NCBI GenBank assembly: GCA_002633005.1
Contig: NMRA01000692.1
Coordinates: 135,933-199,932, forward strand
Source of the DNA: Phoronis australis
Lineage: Eukaryota > Animalia > Phoronida
Reading direction: 5' to 3'
DNA length: 64,000 nt
Shown: positions 11,856 through 26,000 of the stretch, in pieces
How positions within the stretch are numbered: position 1 is the first letter of the stretch
Layout: each line of letters opens with the position of its first letter
The notes under the pieces: generated by a model
Told to the model about the DNA's origin: nothing
The model's input: only the letters and a program-made list of their open reading frames with translations
Database searches by the model: none
Made by a program: the position numbers and the translations under genes

Positions 11856-14228
11856 ATGGCTACAAGCCGAATTGAAGGGAGCTGGGTATGTATAATTAAT
11901 TATCCGATTCACACTGATGACATGGTTTTGACAAAGAATGAAGGAGTTATCAATGACAAATAATACCTTGCAGCCAGTCTGAATTGGATATAGCATTACA
12001 CACACTTATAATTATGACAATTATGTGAATCTAAACTATCCAGAAATTTGTATTGGCAGTTGACTTAAAACGTTTCAAGTCGAGAGCGGGTGGTTCCTTG
12101 CCAACGAGTATCTTGTCATTTATAAATCTTTGTGTTGTGTTTTGCTCTTTCCAGCCTTTTGAAATAAAAATCAGCAAAATGTGGAAGAAATTCTACAAAT
12201 AACATGTGACTAATTTTCATTCGAAAGATGTTTGCAAATTTGAGCACTGCAGTATAGATAAGTTTATTTATGATAATGGCATTCTATTTAATTTTGTGTT
12301 TTTCTAGTTTCCAACTGGTTTCTATGGACATTTCCGCAGCAAGTCTCGAAACGATTTTGTAAATGAATACAGACAGTTAGCTAGACCATCTCCACCAAGA
12401 AAATTTGGTAAAAGATGTCAGGTGAGAATTGATTGACCATGACATATGGTAAATCTGCGTAATGTTGTATACTACGAGTGCAATGATTCACAGGCTTTTC
12501 ATCCTATTTTGAGTCAACACGATAATAACTTACATTTAGTTTTCAGAAATATGTGCTAAATGTGATATGGTAATCCATCTGGGATCCTACAACAGCACTT
12601 ACATAGAAAATATAGTTCTGATAAGGGCCTAGTCATATTTTACAAATTTCCAGTGTGACAAAATATATGTGTTTTGCCTTGTTTTGTTTGTGCTTTTCTA
12701 CCCATTGTTTGATGTTCTGGATACTAAAACTTCACAATGACATCTTAGGTACCCAATGTTATGTAGACCCTGAGCTGTTAACACGCTACACAATGTGTCA
12801 AACTGTAGAAACTTTATTTATGATCGAGATATGTCCCGAATAATGGATAAATGATACGCGCGCCGCAAGCTCGTTACCAGAGATCTGTTGTGATGTAATT
12901 GCACCTACCTTTGTTTATTTGGGTAATAGCGCATACAAAAACAAATTGTTTGAAAGTAACAGATAACATTACAATGAACAAACTTGTAGTCGGAGAAAAG
13001 TGTTTCAATAAGACTTAGTAGACTACCTAAGCCCAAAATAAAGGGTTCAATGAAACTTAGTAGACAGCCTTCAGGCACAAAATAACTGGTTTCAATGTCT
13101 CTTGTTTTTGTATCTACTCAAACTGAATACAAGTTTCAACATTTTGAAGTTGGTGAAATCAAGAGCCTCACATAAATTGTTTGGAGATTATTGTTAGAGA
13201 AAACAAGGACACACAACTTCAGAAATTCTTTGTACCTGGAACAAAGATGCATACAAAAAATTCTGTTTTATTCCCCAAATTGTGCCGAAACTGAACAGTT
13301 GATTTTGTTTCAGACAAATCCAGCGACACATAGCTTTTCTCACCATGACAACAGACAATCATTTCTCAGTGATGCTCTTTACTTTGAGGAGGTAAGTTAA
13401 TTGTAGAACTAATTTTACATAAAGTTATTGCATATCTGCCAATACATAGACACTTGTAAAGTTTTCACCTTATGAAAATAGCATCACATTTCACATTTTT
13501 GTCGTTTTATAATCACCAGTACAAGCGTTCAAGATAATTTTTGTCCAGGTATAATTATACTCTGACAAAATCAGGTATTGAATATAAGGAGCAGTGAATA
13601 AGCTTTGAGCAGTGAATGCCCAATGTATTAATCAGAACATGAGGATAAAATTATGGAGTTACCATCAAAAACCAAAGTAATTGGTAATTTGCATAACTAA
13701 TTTTTAAAAATCTTTCAGGGTCTTGGACGAAGAAGAATACCCCAAAGTTCAAACCGATATAAGAAGGACTTTATAGCCTGGATACCTCACAAACAAGATC
13801 TAGAAGCGTCCGGAACATTACCTTCAACCTATGATTTTGTATACGGTGGTGCTTACAAAAAACGCCAAAGGTGTGTTGCCAGGCCAAAAACTAGCTTTGA
13901 TGATGATCAAAAACCCACAACAACTTACAGGTACGCCCATGGGAATGAAGCGCCGAATGGTGAAACTTTGAGGTCAATGAACATGGCCGTTTTAACATCA
14001 ACTCAGCCTCTGTCCCTCCGTGCAACATCGGCGCGTGGATTTAAGTCTAGAGACAGCGTGGCTTCATGTCTCACGTGGCATGCACCCCGCCCCCCAGTCA
14101 AGCGTAATGTGCCATTGGCTACCCAGACATTTCCACCAGCCAGCACTATGGATACAACACAAGCGGTGCCATCTGGACCACCAATGATGCAGCCAAGCCC
14201 TCCTCAGGCTGCTGTTATGACAGAGTAA
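11856..14228 (+). CDS. C3orf84: C3orf84/CIMIP7-like protein with HDNR motif (about 243 aa)
   Basis: Exons 11856-11885, 12308-12421, 13314-13391, 13719-14228, all GT-AG and phase 0. Translation MATSRIEGSW-FPTGFYGHFRSKSRNDFVNEYRQLARPSPPRKFGKRCQ-TNPATHSFSHHDNRQSF...-GLGRRR...DSVASCLTW matches recalled human C3orf84 motifs (GSW..GFYGHYRS, FSKHDNR, GIGRRK, VSECLNW). Confidence 0.85.
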
Positions 14229-17014
14229 AATGTTTTTATGATAAACACTAATGAATTTTGCACCCTTGAGCATTCAGTTAGTTAATATTGTGAGTCTTAG
14301 CCGTAATTTTCAAACAAACAAAAAGGTGATCGCGTTCAAAGTTATGGAAATAGTTTAGTACAAAAATGTAGTTCTTTGTAAAATTTTTACCGTTCTTGTA
14401 AATTTCACGTTGTTGCGATAGTCTAAACTAAGGAGTATACATTGTACAATGTTAATTCTGACATAGGGTGTTGTGTACATTGAGACCCTCAAACTTAAAA
14501 GTGCACAGGGTGCTTACAGAATTTAAGTAAAGTCTTCATTCAAACACTAATTTCTCATGTAATAGCACACTGCTTACCGCTTAAGACTGCGCAAGTAGTC
14601 TTCAGCATTCATATTGATTTATGTACAGGATTTTATAATCCTGATTCTAGTCATTGATAACTTAACACAGTCATGAGAATACTGTGTAGGTTCGTACGTA
14701 TTATTTAGTTATATTACTGGGAGTTAAGGGAACATCACTCATGACAGAAAGTTATGATAGTGAACAGAAACTTTTGCACTGTCATATATTATTGTTCCGT
14801 GTCAAATCTTAGTTGATCTATGTGCTGTACACATGGTTCAAATGCGCATTTGCATAATAACAAGTTACTTAGAAGCATGTTATTTTGAAAAGAAATGTTT
14901 AATTATTGCACACTCCTTCACAGATCCAAAACTGGCCTACACCACCAGTGTTGTGATACCATCAAAAGTGTTAACTTGCCTCAGTTGAAGTTCTTGGACA
15001 GACAGAAATCAGAGCAAACTTGCCATTGAAAGTCACTCATCCCAAAATAGTAGTACTTGCAGAGCAACCTGGGCTGTGCATGTGTTGTGTATCTTTGATT
15101 AGAAATGCAACTTCAGGCAAAAAGTTATTACTTAATTGGAGTGATGTTTGGGGAATGAAAACTGTTAATTTATTTAGTCTAGATACATTAAAGTGAATTT
15201 TGAGTAAATAACCAACCCAATAAAATTTCCACATTTCAATTGATATCAAAATTATGAAGACGATACAGAGATGACATAAAAAGAGGAGGCACAAAGTACT
15301 GCTAGTGTTTGCACTTTTTCTGCAAATTAAAGCCTTCACGTCTGCTTAGCCTGTTTATAAATTTCTTTAAAAATCTTCAATTTTGTGATGGCTATAACTT
15401 TTTCTCTACTGACAATTACCCTCACTGTTACAACCATCATCTCAAAGGTATTGTTTTGTTCAATTAATCTATACCATCGTGCTTATAATATTTTCATTAG
15501 TTTGATTTCAAATATTAACTAAATAGCTGGCCATATTGTTTAATCAGATTTCCAATAATTAATTAATAGTGATCAGAATACTCAAACAAACTTGATAATT
15601 TTAAGTGAGCAATGATGTGATTTTTTAGCGGTGTCTTGGCAGGGTGCTTACATCCAGGTGTTTCTCGTGATTAAGTGTGTTCCAACACCTGTCTGCATAC
15701 TCTAACTATACCACTCCATATTTGACTGGCGTATTCGAATTCAGCTAACCAACAGGTGTTCCAACACAAGTTTTCAAGCTAAAAAGTTGTAAGATAAAAT
15801 TCTTCAATTTGGGACAAAACTAATTGCCAAATTTGCCACATTTGTACGTTTCAGAGGCTTACTACATTGTTGTAAATGCTCAAAAAATTTTGATGATAGT
15901 TACGCCATACAACTCATGTTAATAGCAAAGTCCACCATATTGTGTACCCGCATACTGAACAATGTTCACCACAGAGAGACGGCAGTGCCACCTTGTGTCA
16001 TAAGTGTCAGCTGTGAGAGGAGGCAGTGTTGTCTACTGGGATAATTGGCTGCTTCCTTTACTTAAGGTTGTGGGTTTAAGTCCCACTGGGGCACACTGCT
16101 AGACCCTTGAGTCAGGTTTCCAGCACCTCAGCTCGGTTTTAACTGTTAATAAGCATAAAATGGTTCCAGGTGATCAGTGTAATGGGCCCACCTGAGCGGC
16201 CTGCACACGTCTGGTACAACGTGTAGCAGACGTGTACTAGATCGCCTGCAATTATTTTTTTAAAAGTTGTATGCGAGAGTCAGAGTATGCAGATGGGAAG
16301 GCACTATACATACCATGTTTCTCATAAAGTTGTATAATAATAAAAATTACAAAAAATCACAGAGTGTTTAGACGGTGCTTAACAGTTTGACATGACAAGT
16401 CGCCTAGGCTGTAATACTGTTGATGGGTAGACTGTGTAATAATTACCATAATTCTTCACCTCTTTAGCACACAAAATTGTGGAAAAAAAGTATTTTTGCA
16501 AAAAAGAACATTTACCAACAAATGTGTATTGCATCTCTAGTGAGTTTTTGAACAACAAAGATGTTATAAATAAAGTTAATGCATTTTTGATTTTTTGTGA
16601 CATAGTAAGTCTACACCTTCGACACTTTCAGCAATTATTTGTGTGCAAAGTAACTGAAGAATTACCTTAGTTACCTGTGGGATGTTGTACTCTTAATGTT
16701 TCCATGGAAACAAGGTAGACTAATAATAAACAGATTGATTTGTAGATTAAAATTAAAGACTGTTGGCAATTTTGATTTCTTCTTTATTATAAATGCCACA
16801 AAGATTACAAAATCTCCATTAAATCAAACTTCAAGCAAATAATTGGGAATTGTCTACGAAGATGCGCTTCCAGTCACATCAATCCTCGTATATTTTGTTA
16901 AATCAATGCTTAAAGGCTACATCGAAGGTATAAACTGTCACTAATACTTCCAGGCTCACACTGGTTATGTGAAGATATAATACAAACATATAAGCATAGT
17001 CTTCTCTACCAGAA

Positions 17015-20000
17015 CTAAAGAGCTTTACGAGGATTAGCTGGCGGTTCCTCTGCAAGTCGCCTCTGTGGTCTGAAATAAAACCAGCAATTTAAGTATAACC
17101 TACTGCATTTGCTCAGGTTAATTTGATAATGTTATGCAGAAGCTCATGGACAAGTCTATATTTTGCCAAATACCCTCAAAACTATACATTTTAATTTGGT
17201 AAGAGTACAGTAAACACTCCAGTTTGGGACACCCTCTAAAATTTGGGACAACAAAATCGAAGCTGAAACTGAATTTTCTTGATTCTGAAAATTGAGACTG
17301 CGATTTTAACATTCATCATATTTCAGAAAATTGGACACGACTTTAAATGAACAGAGTCTGAAAATAAACTTGGCAGTTGATAAAATTGTTGAAAATGTTC
17401 AACCCTTGAAATATTTTCATGAGTCCCTATAGTGTAACATGGAGGGGGATGTTCGTTTGACGCTAATCATAATTGTTGGGTTTTGGATGGCTAGTATTGT
17501 CTACATGTATTTCTAAAGTTTGGTACAAGCTCTGATCTTGAACAAAATAATTAACTTTCACCATCCAAAACTGAGGATTTTTAACACATATATAATTTCT
17601 GAAAGTAGAAAGCCCGAACAATTTGATAAAATTTAGCCTTATACCAATCTTCAATTGGGTCACGTGACCATGCCTTTTTTATGGTACATTCATCACAAAA
17701 CAACGCTAGCAATAACATAACCTGATTTCATTTGATACAAGTATTCAAGTCACAATCTCACAAATGCTGTAATTTACAGTAGTTTTTCATGTATGCAGCT
17801 ATTGAGATTTTTCAGAAAAATCGTAAAAGTCCTGTTTTGATACCCACTCTTGCAAAAGCCTAACATTTTACAAACAATCCCCAACAATATCTTGGAGAAC
17901 AGTACACAAAGCGTAGTACCCGAAAGTTTCAAAGGAATCCAAACAGCCATTTGTGAGATATGATGTTTCAAAGTTAAGCAAATTTGGACATTTTCTAGGG
18001 TACTACTGCTTATATTCAGCTAAATGAGCAACCTCAAATATTTACTTTATATTCGCATATATATTTTAAAATTAACACTTTTTAAAAATTTATAATAAAA
18101 TTTTACTTTTTAGTGTTCATACTTGATTGTGTATACATCCATTTTTAATTTATACAGTTACGACTCTTTGTTCATTGAAGTAGCATGTATCTAATTTCAG
18201 TTCCTAAAACACAATTTGCCAAAAACTCAAAAGTAGTACTGTAACATAGTATTCTGCCCATTTTTTAATTCACTCTTCTGTGCCCGGTTGCATGAAACAG
18301 TCCCAAATAGGGACTCAACTAAGGTCCTCAAATCTTTTTGCGTTTTTTTTTGTCTTTAAGGACTCACAGATGCAATATTTTTCTATCATTTCATGTTTAT
18401 TATGAGCTCCTCTTTGAATTAATGACATTTTCTAATAATATAATTAAAAACTGAGTCCTGAGTTCATTGAAAATAAATAGGGACTCAGGGGGTGTTGCAT
18501 GAAAAGATTCCTACTTATTTTCGATTATATTGACAAATCGACGTAGAGTTCACTCTCGATTTGTATCAAAGTCAAACGTTGACTTAGTAATAAAAGTAAA
18601 ACAATACAAGAAAGGGCCACAGATGGTTTCATAAGTAAAAAAATACTCCGTAGAGGACTGTTTCATGCAACTGGGCACAGGGCCCTTACTGCCTAGATTT
18701 TGGGACTGAATATTGGCACCAATACCCTATGAAAAATATTTGAAAATCATGCAAAATTCGCCTTATCAGACCCAAAAGTTCCCTTCCAATGACTAAAAAT
18801 TCCCCTCAAGGATAGAATCACTTCTGCAAAACATTAGTTTAGTCTACATAAAGCATGATTGGTGAGGGGTGATCAACCAGGAGGTGTTATTGATGGTGAC
18901 CAGGTGTTGGGACTTTACCCTCAACCAAAAATTTCTCCTCTCTCAGGAGGCACTGGCACCTTTCCCTGAAGTGAGCAAGGACCTTGAATGTGAAATGGAC
19001 CCAGTTCCCTTGTCGTGACCTCAAAATTCAAATCGGCTAATGGCCAACTTTTCAAAAATTTAGTTTTTAATGCCAACACTTGACTTTCCACCCACTTCAC
19101 TTTGAAATTAACACACTTAATAAAATCTTATTTCGAAGTATGATGTGAACTGTGAACACAACAACCATCTTAACTGAGAAAAAAGCCATGATCTGTAAAT
19201 AACAATACTGGTAATCAGGCTACAGTCAGAGTGAAGGTATCCATGGAATGTGAATAAATTATGTGCTAATATGAACTATGACTGATTTCAGTAGACTAAC
19301 AAACACTTTTTCAGATTTTGGAGAAAAATTACATTATTCTAACTCATTTAACAGAATGTGGATTTCTGTAGCAAGAGACAGCAAGAATATCAGGCTTGTT
19401 ACAGACCAGTTAGACAGTAATTTGTAAATCATAATGAGAGATTCAAGTGCCATTTTGACAAACTACCATGGTAAGGTTTAAATGGCAACTGATTTAGGAG
19501 TTAGACATATCCTTCACGCCAATTCAAAAACCTTGAATACCCCAATTTTCAACATATTACAGTGGTAAATTTGGCAATAACATACCAGCAATTAATACGA
19601 TACAAAACTTGGTCATGTTCATTCAATCTATACAGCTATAGACTTGATAAGAAACAGGAAAAGAGTGTTTCTAATAAAGATTAACAATTTTAATGATACC
19701 AGTTGTCAAGGCCCCACTATAATGAAACACAGGTTTTGTGACCAGGGAGCCTACATTTTAAACCACACCAATGGATTAACTTGGACTGTTTTTTCATTCA
19801 TAATAACAACCCCAACTGGCTGTGTGTTTACTTTTTCAAGATTGTTTTATTGACATGTCATACTATACTGGTCCATTGCAAGACAATGTATACGCAATTG
19901 TTTACAAAAACAACAGGCAACTGGAGAAACAAACAGACTGAAAGGGTTTCACTTGGCCTGCTGTGACTACACTAACAATCGATGTATAAGCTGCAGAGTA

Positions 20001-23000
20001 AGGTGTCAATTCACATGTTATACATCTCACACAAGCAAAACACTGTTTTCACACTACGTTTGAAAGAAGCACATTCTTTTTTATGCTCGTTTCTTTAAGA
20101 ATGCAATTGGTAAAATATCACCAATTTAGATCACAATATGTCGAACAAGGGAGATTTTAATTTTTTCATAAAAGATAAGCAGTACCAATTACAACTTACC
20201 GATTTCAAAATCTGTATTAAATTACATAATTCTTCACTTATTTAGCACAGGATATGACCGACGAGTGAGATTATTGTTAATATGGCATGAAAATGTATAA
20301 TAACAAAATGTAACTATATCAGTAGCAGGGTTTGCAGTGTGTGTAGGTCAAACAACTTTTGGTAGATGTTCCAGTCTGCATAGTGTGTATATTATGTCTT
20401 GAGAATATAATGAAAACAATCTATCTCTAGGTCTCTGGTTATGATTACGGTGTATTTGGTCAAATTACTGCAGGGTTGTCAACACATCTAGAACATAATT
20501 AGTAACCTTCATGCTAAAAATTGAATATTGCAATTGAAAACTAGTACAATTTATAACATTTTAAAAAAGAAGGATTTCAAACTTCAATTTCAGATTATGT
20601 AATTAAAAGCAAATGACTTTAAAACTCAGCTCCAAGACGTTCTGATGTTTTGTAGCTTGTCCAAATATGGCAAAGCAAATTTTGCAATAATCTCGGACTG
20701 TAACAAGTTCCTGAACCACACTGATCTAGTTACTTATTTATCTGAGTTTTTAATATTGATTTTTGGCAATCTTGCCCATTATTTTAAAGATATTATATGC
20801 TTTCAGTTGATTTTTAGAGGAAAAAGAAACGACCAAAATCAAAAACTTTTCGAAACCCATATGTAGTCCTTAATAGTTGAGTCGAAAAATGGCCCCCCGT
20901 GCATCCCCCGGACTTCAACTCCTAAGAGAAATAAGAGTGAAACCGAAAAAAGATGTCAACAAGACGAAAAAGTGTCCCACATGCATTTTTTATGTAAATA
21001 AGTGCCGCCATTACCGGTTTTTGGTTATTTGACGATATCGGACTTTGTTTTCCTGTAATTGAACAAATCAAGTGTGAAAACTGATATTTTGAGGGACAAG
21101 CATTACGAAGGAATAATTTTCTTCATAAATTTACTGCATCTGATTTGCATGATATGATTACTTACTATCGATAATACAACATGTCAACAACCATATGTAT
21201 ATTCTTATGTTAGTTTGTATTCAAGACGTTTTTTACGTCAAAAGCTGATTCAAAGCTTTGACGTGTTATCATGTGACTGTCTTAGAAACAATGTTCCTCT
21301 TTTTAAAAGATGTGAAACATTGTTTTATTTAATGAACCTAAAATACATTTTGGTTGGGCTACTACCTTAACATGACGTCACTGTTTGTTTTCATTTATGC
21401 CGTCAACATCAGTCCTGAATTTGGATAAAAATAGCGGATTATCATGCCCCACACAACAGTTCTGTTCTTTATGTTGAGTGTTTTGTACATGTAAGATAAC
21501 TTTATCACTTACTTGCAGTTCTAATGTACTGTTTGACCCACAAAACATAAGCCCGGACATTTAGCTTTTTCAATTAAATGAAATAGTCGGGGAGATATGG
21601 TGAAGTATAGCAAAATCGGTAATGGTGGCACTAATTTGCATAAAAAATATGCATGGGACATTTTTTCGACTTGTTAACATCATTTTTCCTTTTTCACACA
21701 TAATTTCCTTCAAAAAAATGCAACTTTGAAGTTGAAGTCCGGGGGGAGGGGGTGCACAGGGGGCCATTCTTCGACTAGACTATAAAGCACGACTATGTAG
21801 TCTACAAGTAAATCTTTAACCGTTGGCAGTCCTGTGAACAATTTCCCAACTTCCAATGAATGTAGCACAACTCTACTAAGCAACACAGAGAATGGGACAC
21901 TTACTTTGGATCCCATCTATGCCGTGTGGTGTGAAAGATTTTCATCAACTCCCTGTCTGATGGTCCATCTCTCGGATATTTCTTTTTCTCACTCAAAAGG
22001 TGCTTCACTTTCAAAACAGAATCTCCCTGAAACAAAACGCACATTTGCTTCTTGTTGACAAAACCCCTCCAGTCACTAAACATCAAATAACAGTATGGCA
22101 AGACTTCACTTATTTAGGTCACAAGATAACTGACGAGTGAAATTTTATTTTTAATCAAATTTCTTAAGAAATATAAAGACTAAGAACCTTTCATTAACAT
22201 AGTAAGTTGAACTGTAAAGATGACACAAAACAAAGAAAAATTCATTCGCATGGTAAGTTGAACTGAAGATGACACAAAACAAAGTTTTTTGCAGCAAGGT
22301 AATCAGCTTCTCAAAAACTGGAAAATTATTTTAGTTATTGTTATTATTATCATTATTGTGGGAAGTGGGGATTTACCATACTGTAAGCATCAACAAAAAA
22401 GATGCTGTTCACATCTACCATATTTACGGTGTCTCTCTCGATTAAATTATAATTTTCTGGTTACCCTGGAAATAGTTCTCATGACAAGTAAATTAAATTC
22501 CTCTAGGTTCCAATTTGTTGCACATATTTCAGTGTGGAAGTGATTTGCGACCTGAATCATTTCTGACAGCTCTGTTTGACTGACTGCACAAATACTATTT
22601 AAAAAAGAGCAACGCTTGGGCATTGACATGCAACCACGGTGCATCGCACACAATGCGTTTCTAAGGGCCACTGACCCAAGTTTCATTGAAATCTGTCAAT
22701 CAGTTCTCAAGATACAGTACGGAAACGCCCTTCTCCTAAACAACATTTGAAACGCCCTTTGGTGAGAATAAAATGGCAGCGACACATGGTCAACATACAT
22801 AATAACTATGTAAAGTCTCATTGAAATCTATCAATCAGTTCTCTAGATACCATCCAGAAACACTTTTCCCCCAAAACAGCACTTGAAAGACTCCTTAGTC
22901 ACAATGCTGCAATGGACAAAATTGAAGGGTCCAGCACATTAAAATCACATATGTCTGCATCAACTTTCATTGATATCAGTCAATCGTTTTCTTAGATATC

Positions 23001-26000
23001 ATCCAGTATTGCTCTTTCGCCAAACAAAACATGAAATCCCTTGAGACCAAAATGGGCACTAGGAAGTGTTGCATCTGTGCAAAAATTTAATGGTAATGGT
23101 GCACTGACATCACATACCTCTGTGTCAAGTTTCATTAAAATCCATCAATCAGTTCAAAAGATATCTGGAAATGCTCTTCCCTAATTAGCCACTAGGAGGT
23201 GCTGCAGTAGTCAAATCCTTCCAAAAATCAAATGGTGTTGGCACATTGACATCGTACACCTCTGTGTCAAGTGTTATCGGAATTCGTCAGTCAGTTCTTT
23301 TCATATCATCTGGAAAATGATCTTCCCCCAAACAACACTTCAAAAGCTCCATTGGCAAAAACAAAATGGCCACTAGGAAGTGCGGCGATGCTCAAATCTG
23401 ACCAAAAATTTAATGACGCTCGCACATTGGCATCATACATCTCTGCGTCAAGTCTCATTGAAATTCTTCACATGGTTCTCCACATATAATGCCGAAACGC
23501 TATGACACAAAATGGCCACTACGACGCGCTGCAGTTTTCGAATCCACCAGAAAATCAAATACTACTGGCGTAATCTCATAATACACTGTTTTGTAAAGTT
23601 TCAATGAACTGCATCAATTGGTTCTTTAGATATAATCCAAAAACGCTCTTCCCCCAAACAAATCTTGAAAAGCTCCATGTCAAAAACTAGATGGCCAATA
23701 GGAGGTGCTACATAGGTCAAATCCACCCCAAAATTTAATAGTGCCACAGCATAGTCATCGCATACCTTTGTGTCAACTTTCATTGAACTCTTTCACTCAG
23801 TTTTCTACATGTCATTGGGAAACGCTCACACAAAATGGTCACATTGTCATCCCAAATCTCCGTGTCAACTTTTAAGTGAAATCCTTCACTCGATTCCCTA
23901 CATATCAACCGGAATAGCTCTCACACAAAATGGCCACTAGGAGGTGCTGTAGTTGTCAAATCTACCAGAAAATCAAATGGTGCCGGTACAATGGCATAAT
24001 ATATGAAGTTTCAATGAAATCCATCATTCAGTTCTTTAGATATCACACGGAAAAGCTCTTCTCCCAAACAACACTTGAAAAGCCTCATGTTGAAAACCAA
24101 ATGCCCACAAGTAATCAATTCAGCACGAAACTTAATGGTGCCACCAAATTGCCCAAACATAACTCTATGTCAACTTTCATTGAAATCCTTCAATCAGTTC
24201 TCTATATGTCATACAGAAACACTCTCACAAAAATGACCACTAGAAGGTACTGCAGTAGTCAAATCCATCCAAAAATCAATTGACCTTACGCCAACCAGAA
24301 GATCGCTCTGCCTATAATGTCATGTGATGCGGAAGTCCGACAGCAGAGAATGGTTTCATTAAGCAAGACCGATGTGCTAACTGATATTCACGCAGACTTT
24401 GGCGAACATTATCTTCCCTATGAGTCCTGCCAACACAAAGACAAAAGGCAAGAGCCTTAAGAAAAGGTTTCTACGGGAACCGGGTGAAGATTTACATCGA
24501 GGACACCTGACATGTAAACTGCCCGATGTTTCAGAAGTCAACGCAAATTTGACGAGCCTCATAGAGTTGACATCAGTGTCAACAAAAACTGCATGAATGC
24601 GGTTAAAAATAACAGTAAAAATCCTTGATGAAAAACAGTCCTTCCCTCAAAGCAAAATAAATATTGAGAGGATCAAGAAACCTACTGAGCTGTAACTATA
24701 GCAGTTTAGCCGGGAATTTCGTGTCCAGTGATCGCTGATGGTCGAGCCGGCGCAGTGACAGACACACATAACAAGTCAAAATTTGGAGTAACTGTAACCA
24801 TTCAAATTAACATTTCAAAGGTAGTGATTTTGATGAAGCAACACCAGCCTAACCTGGTCAGAACTTGAGTGGTGACCGTGATTATGACCTCCGAAGACAG
24901 ACTAAACAAAGCACACTTGCCGACTGTGGAATGTTGCTAATCTGTTGTTTTACATATCTGAGTTACATACTATGTACATGTCAATTACCAAGCCTGACAC
25001 TGCGTATTTACTACGTGCTTGCGGTTTCTGTAGTGCTATGGCGTAGTGCTACGTATTTTCGGTAATTAACGTGCATTTTGTCCAATGCTCATAATAAAGT
25101 TTTGGCTTTTACTGGCAATCTTTGTCGAAATAATAACATATCACGAGCCTTGCTCGACAGGGCCAGGAGGAGTTACTTAGGATTCGCAATAAGGCCTATA
25201 ACAACACTCACAGTTAGTATATGTGTACGAGCCTCCAATAGGTAAGTAGGTAGGCATGCAATGCATTTTGACTCTTGGTTGACAATATTTTGACTCGTTT
25301 TTGTCAGTGCTATGGAAATGGTTTACATGTATCGTTATAACGAACCAGAAAGTGATCGCAGATAGCTGGCGGGTCACACACTTAAGAAGACCGTAATCCA
25401 GAGCCAAAATTCCGCGCGCCTTAGAACATACTTGTGTTTAGCTTTCTAGTGGTCAAACAGGATAGGCTGCTCGTGCGGGCGTACACACAGTTTAATTAAT
25501 CCACTGTTTGCTCATTACGTCATTTTTAGGCGTTGGAAAAGGCCAAAAAATTGACAGGACTTTCATCTCTGTCGGTATAACGACTGACTGAATTACACAC
25601 ACCATAACAACACCTCTTGACCATTTAAAATGCACATTATAGTTGAACGTGTTTTGTCCGACTGCCGCTAATATTTGTCGGACAAGATGGCGACTTGAAC
25701 AGCAGTTGGAGGAGTGTCCGAAATGCAGCATTCTGATTGGCTAATTAAACCTGTCATTCATTTTCAGGCGTAAGGTCAATTGATGTCGATGCAATCCCAC
25801 AATACACCTGTGTCATGTTTCAATAAAATCTGCTCATCGGTTCTTAAATTAGATATCATCCGGAAATGCTCTTCCTCCAAACAACAGTTCAAAAGCCCAT
25901 GTTGAAAATAAAATGGCCACTAGGAGGTGCTACAGTAAACAAATACGCCTGAAAATTAATGGTGCCATCGCAATGTCATAAAAAACCTCTGTGTCAACTT

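Noticed and set aside
11856-14228. Alternative identity as TEX36 (also an HDNR-motif protein)
   Set aside because: The GFYGH.RS and C-terminal SCL.W motifs, plus the IHO1 neighbour, fit C3orf84 better.
16035-16100. tRNA/SINE-like B-box (GGGTTTAAGTCCC); a similar segment on the minus strand near 54400-54450
   Set aside because: No complete cloverleaf could be folded; at most a decayed tRNA-derived SINE head, too weak to call.
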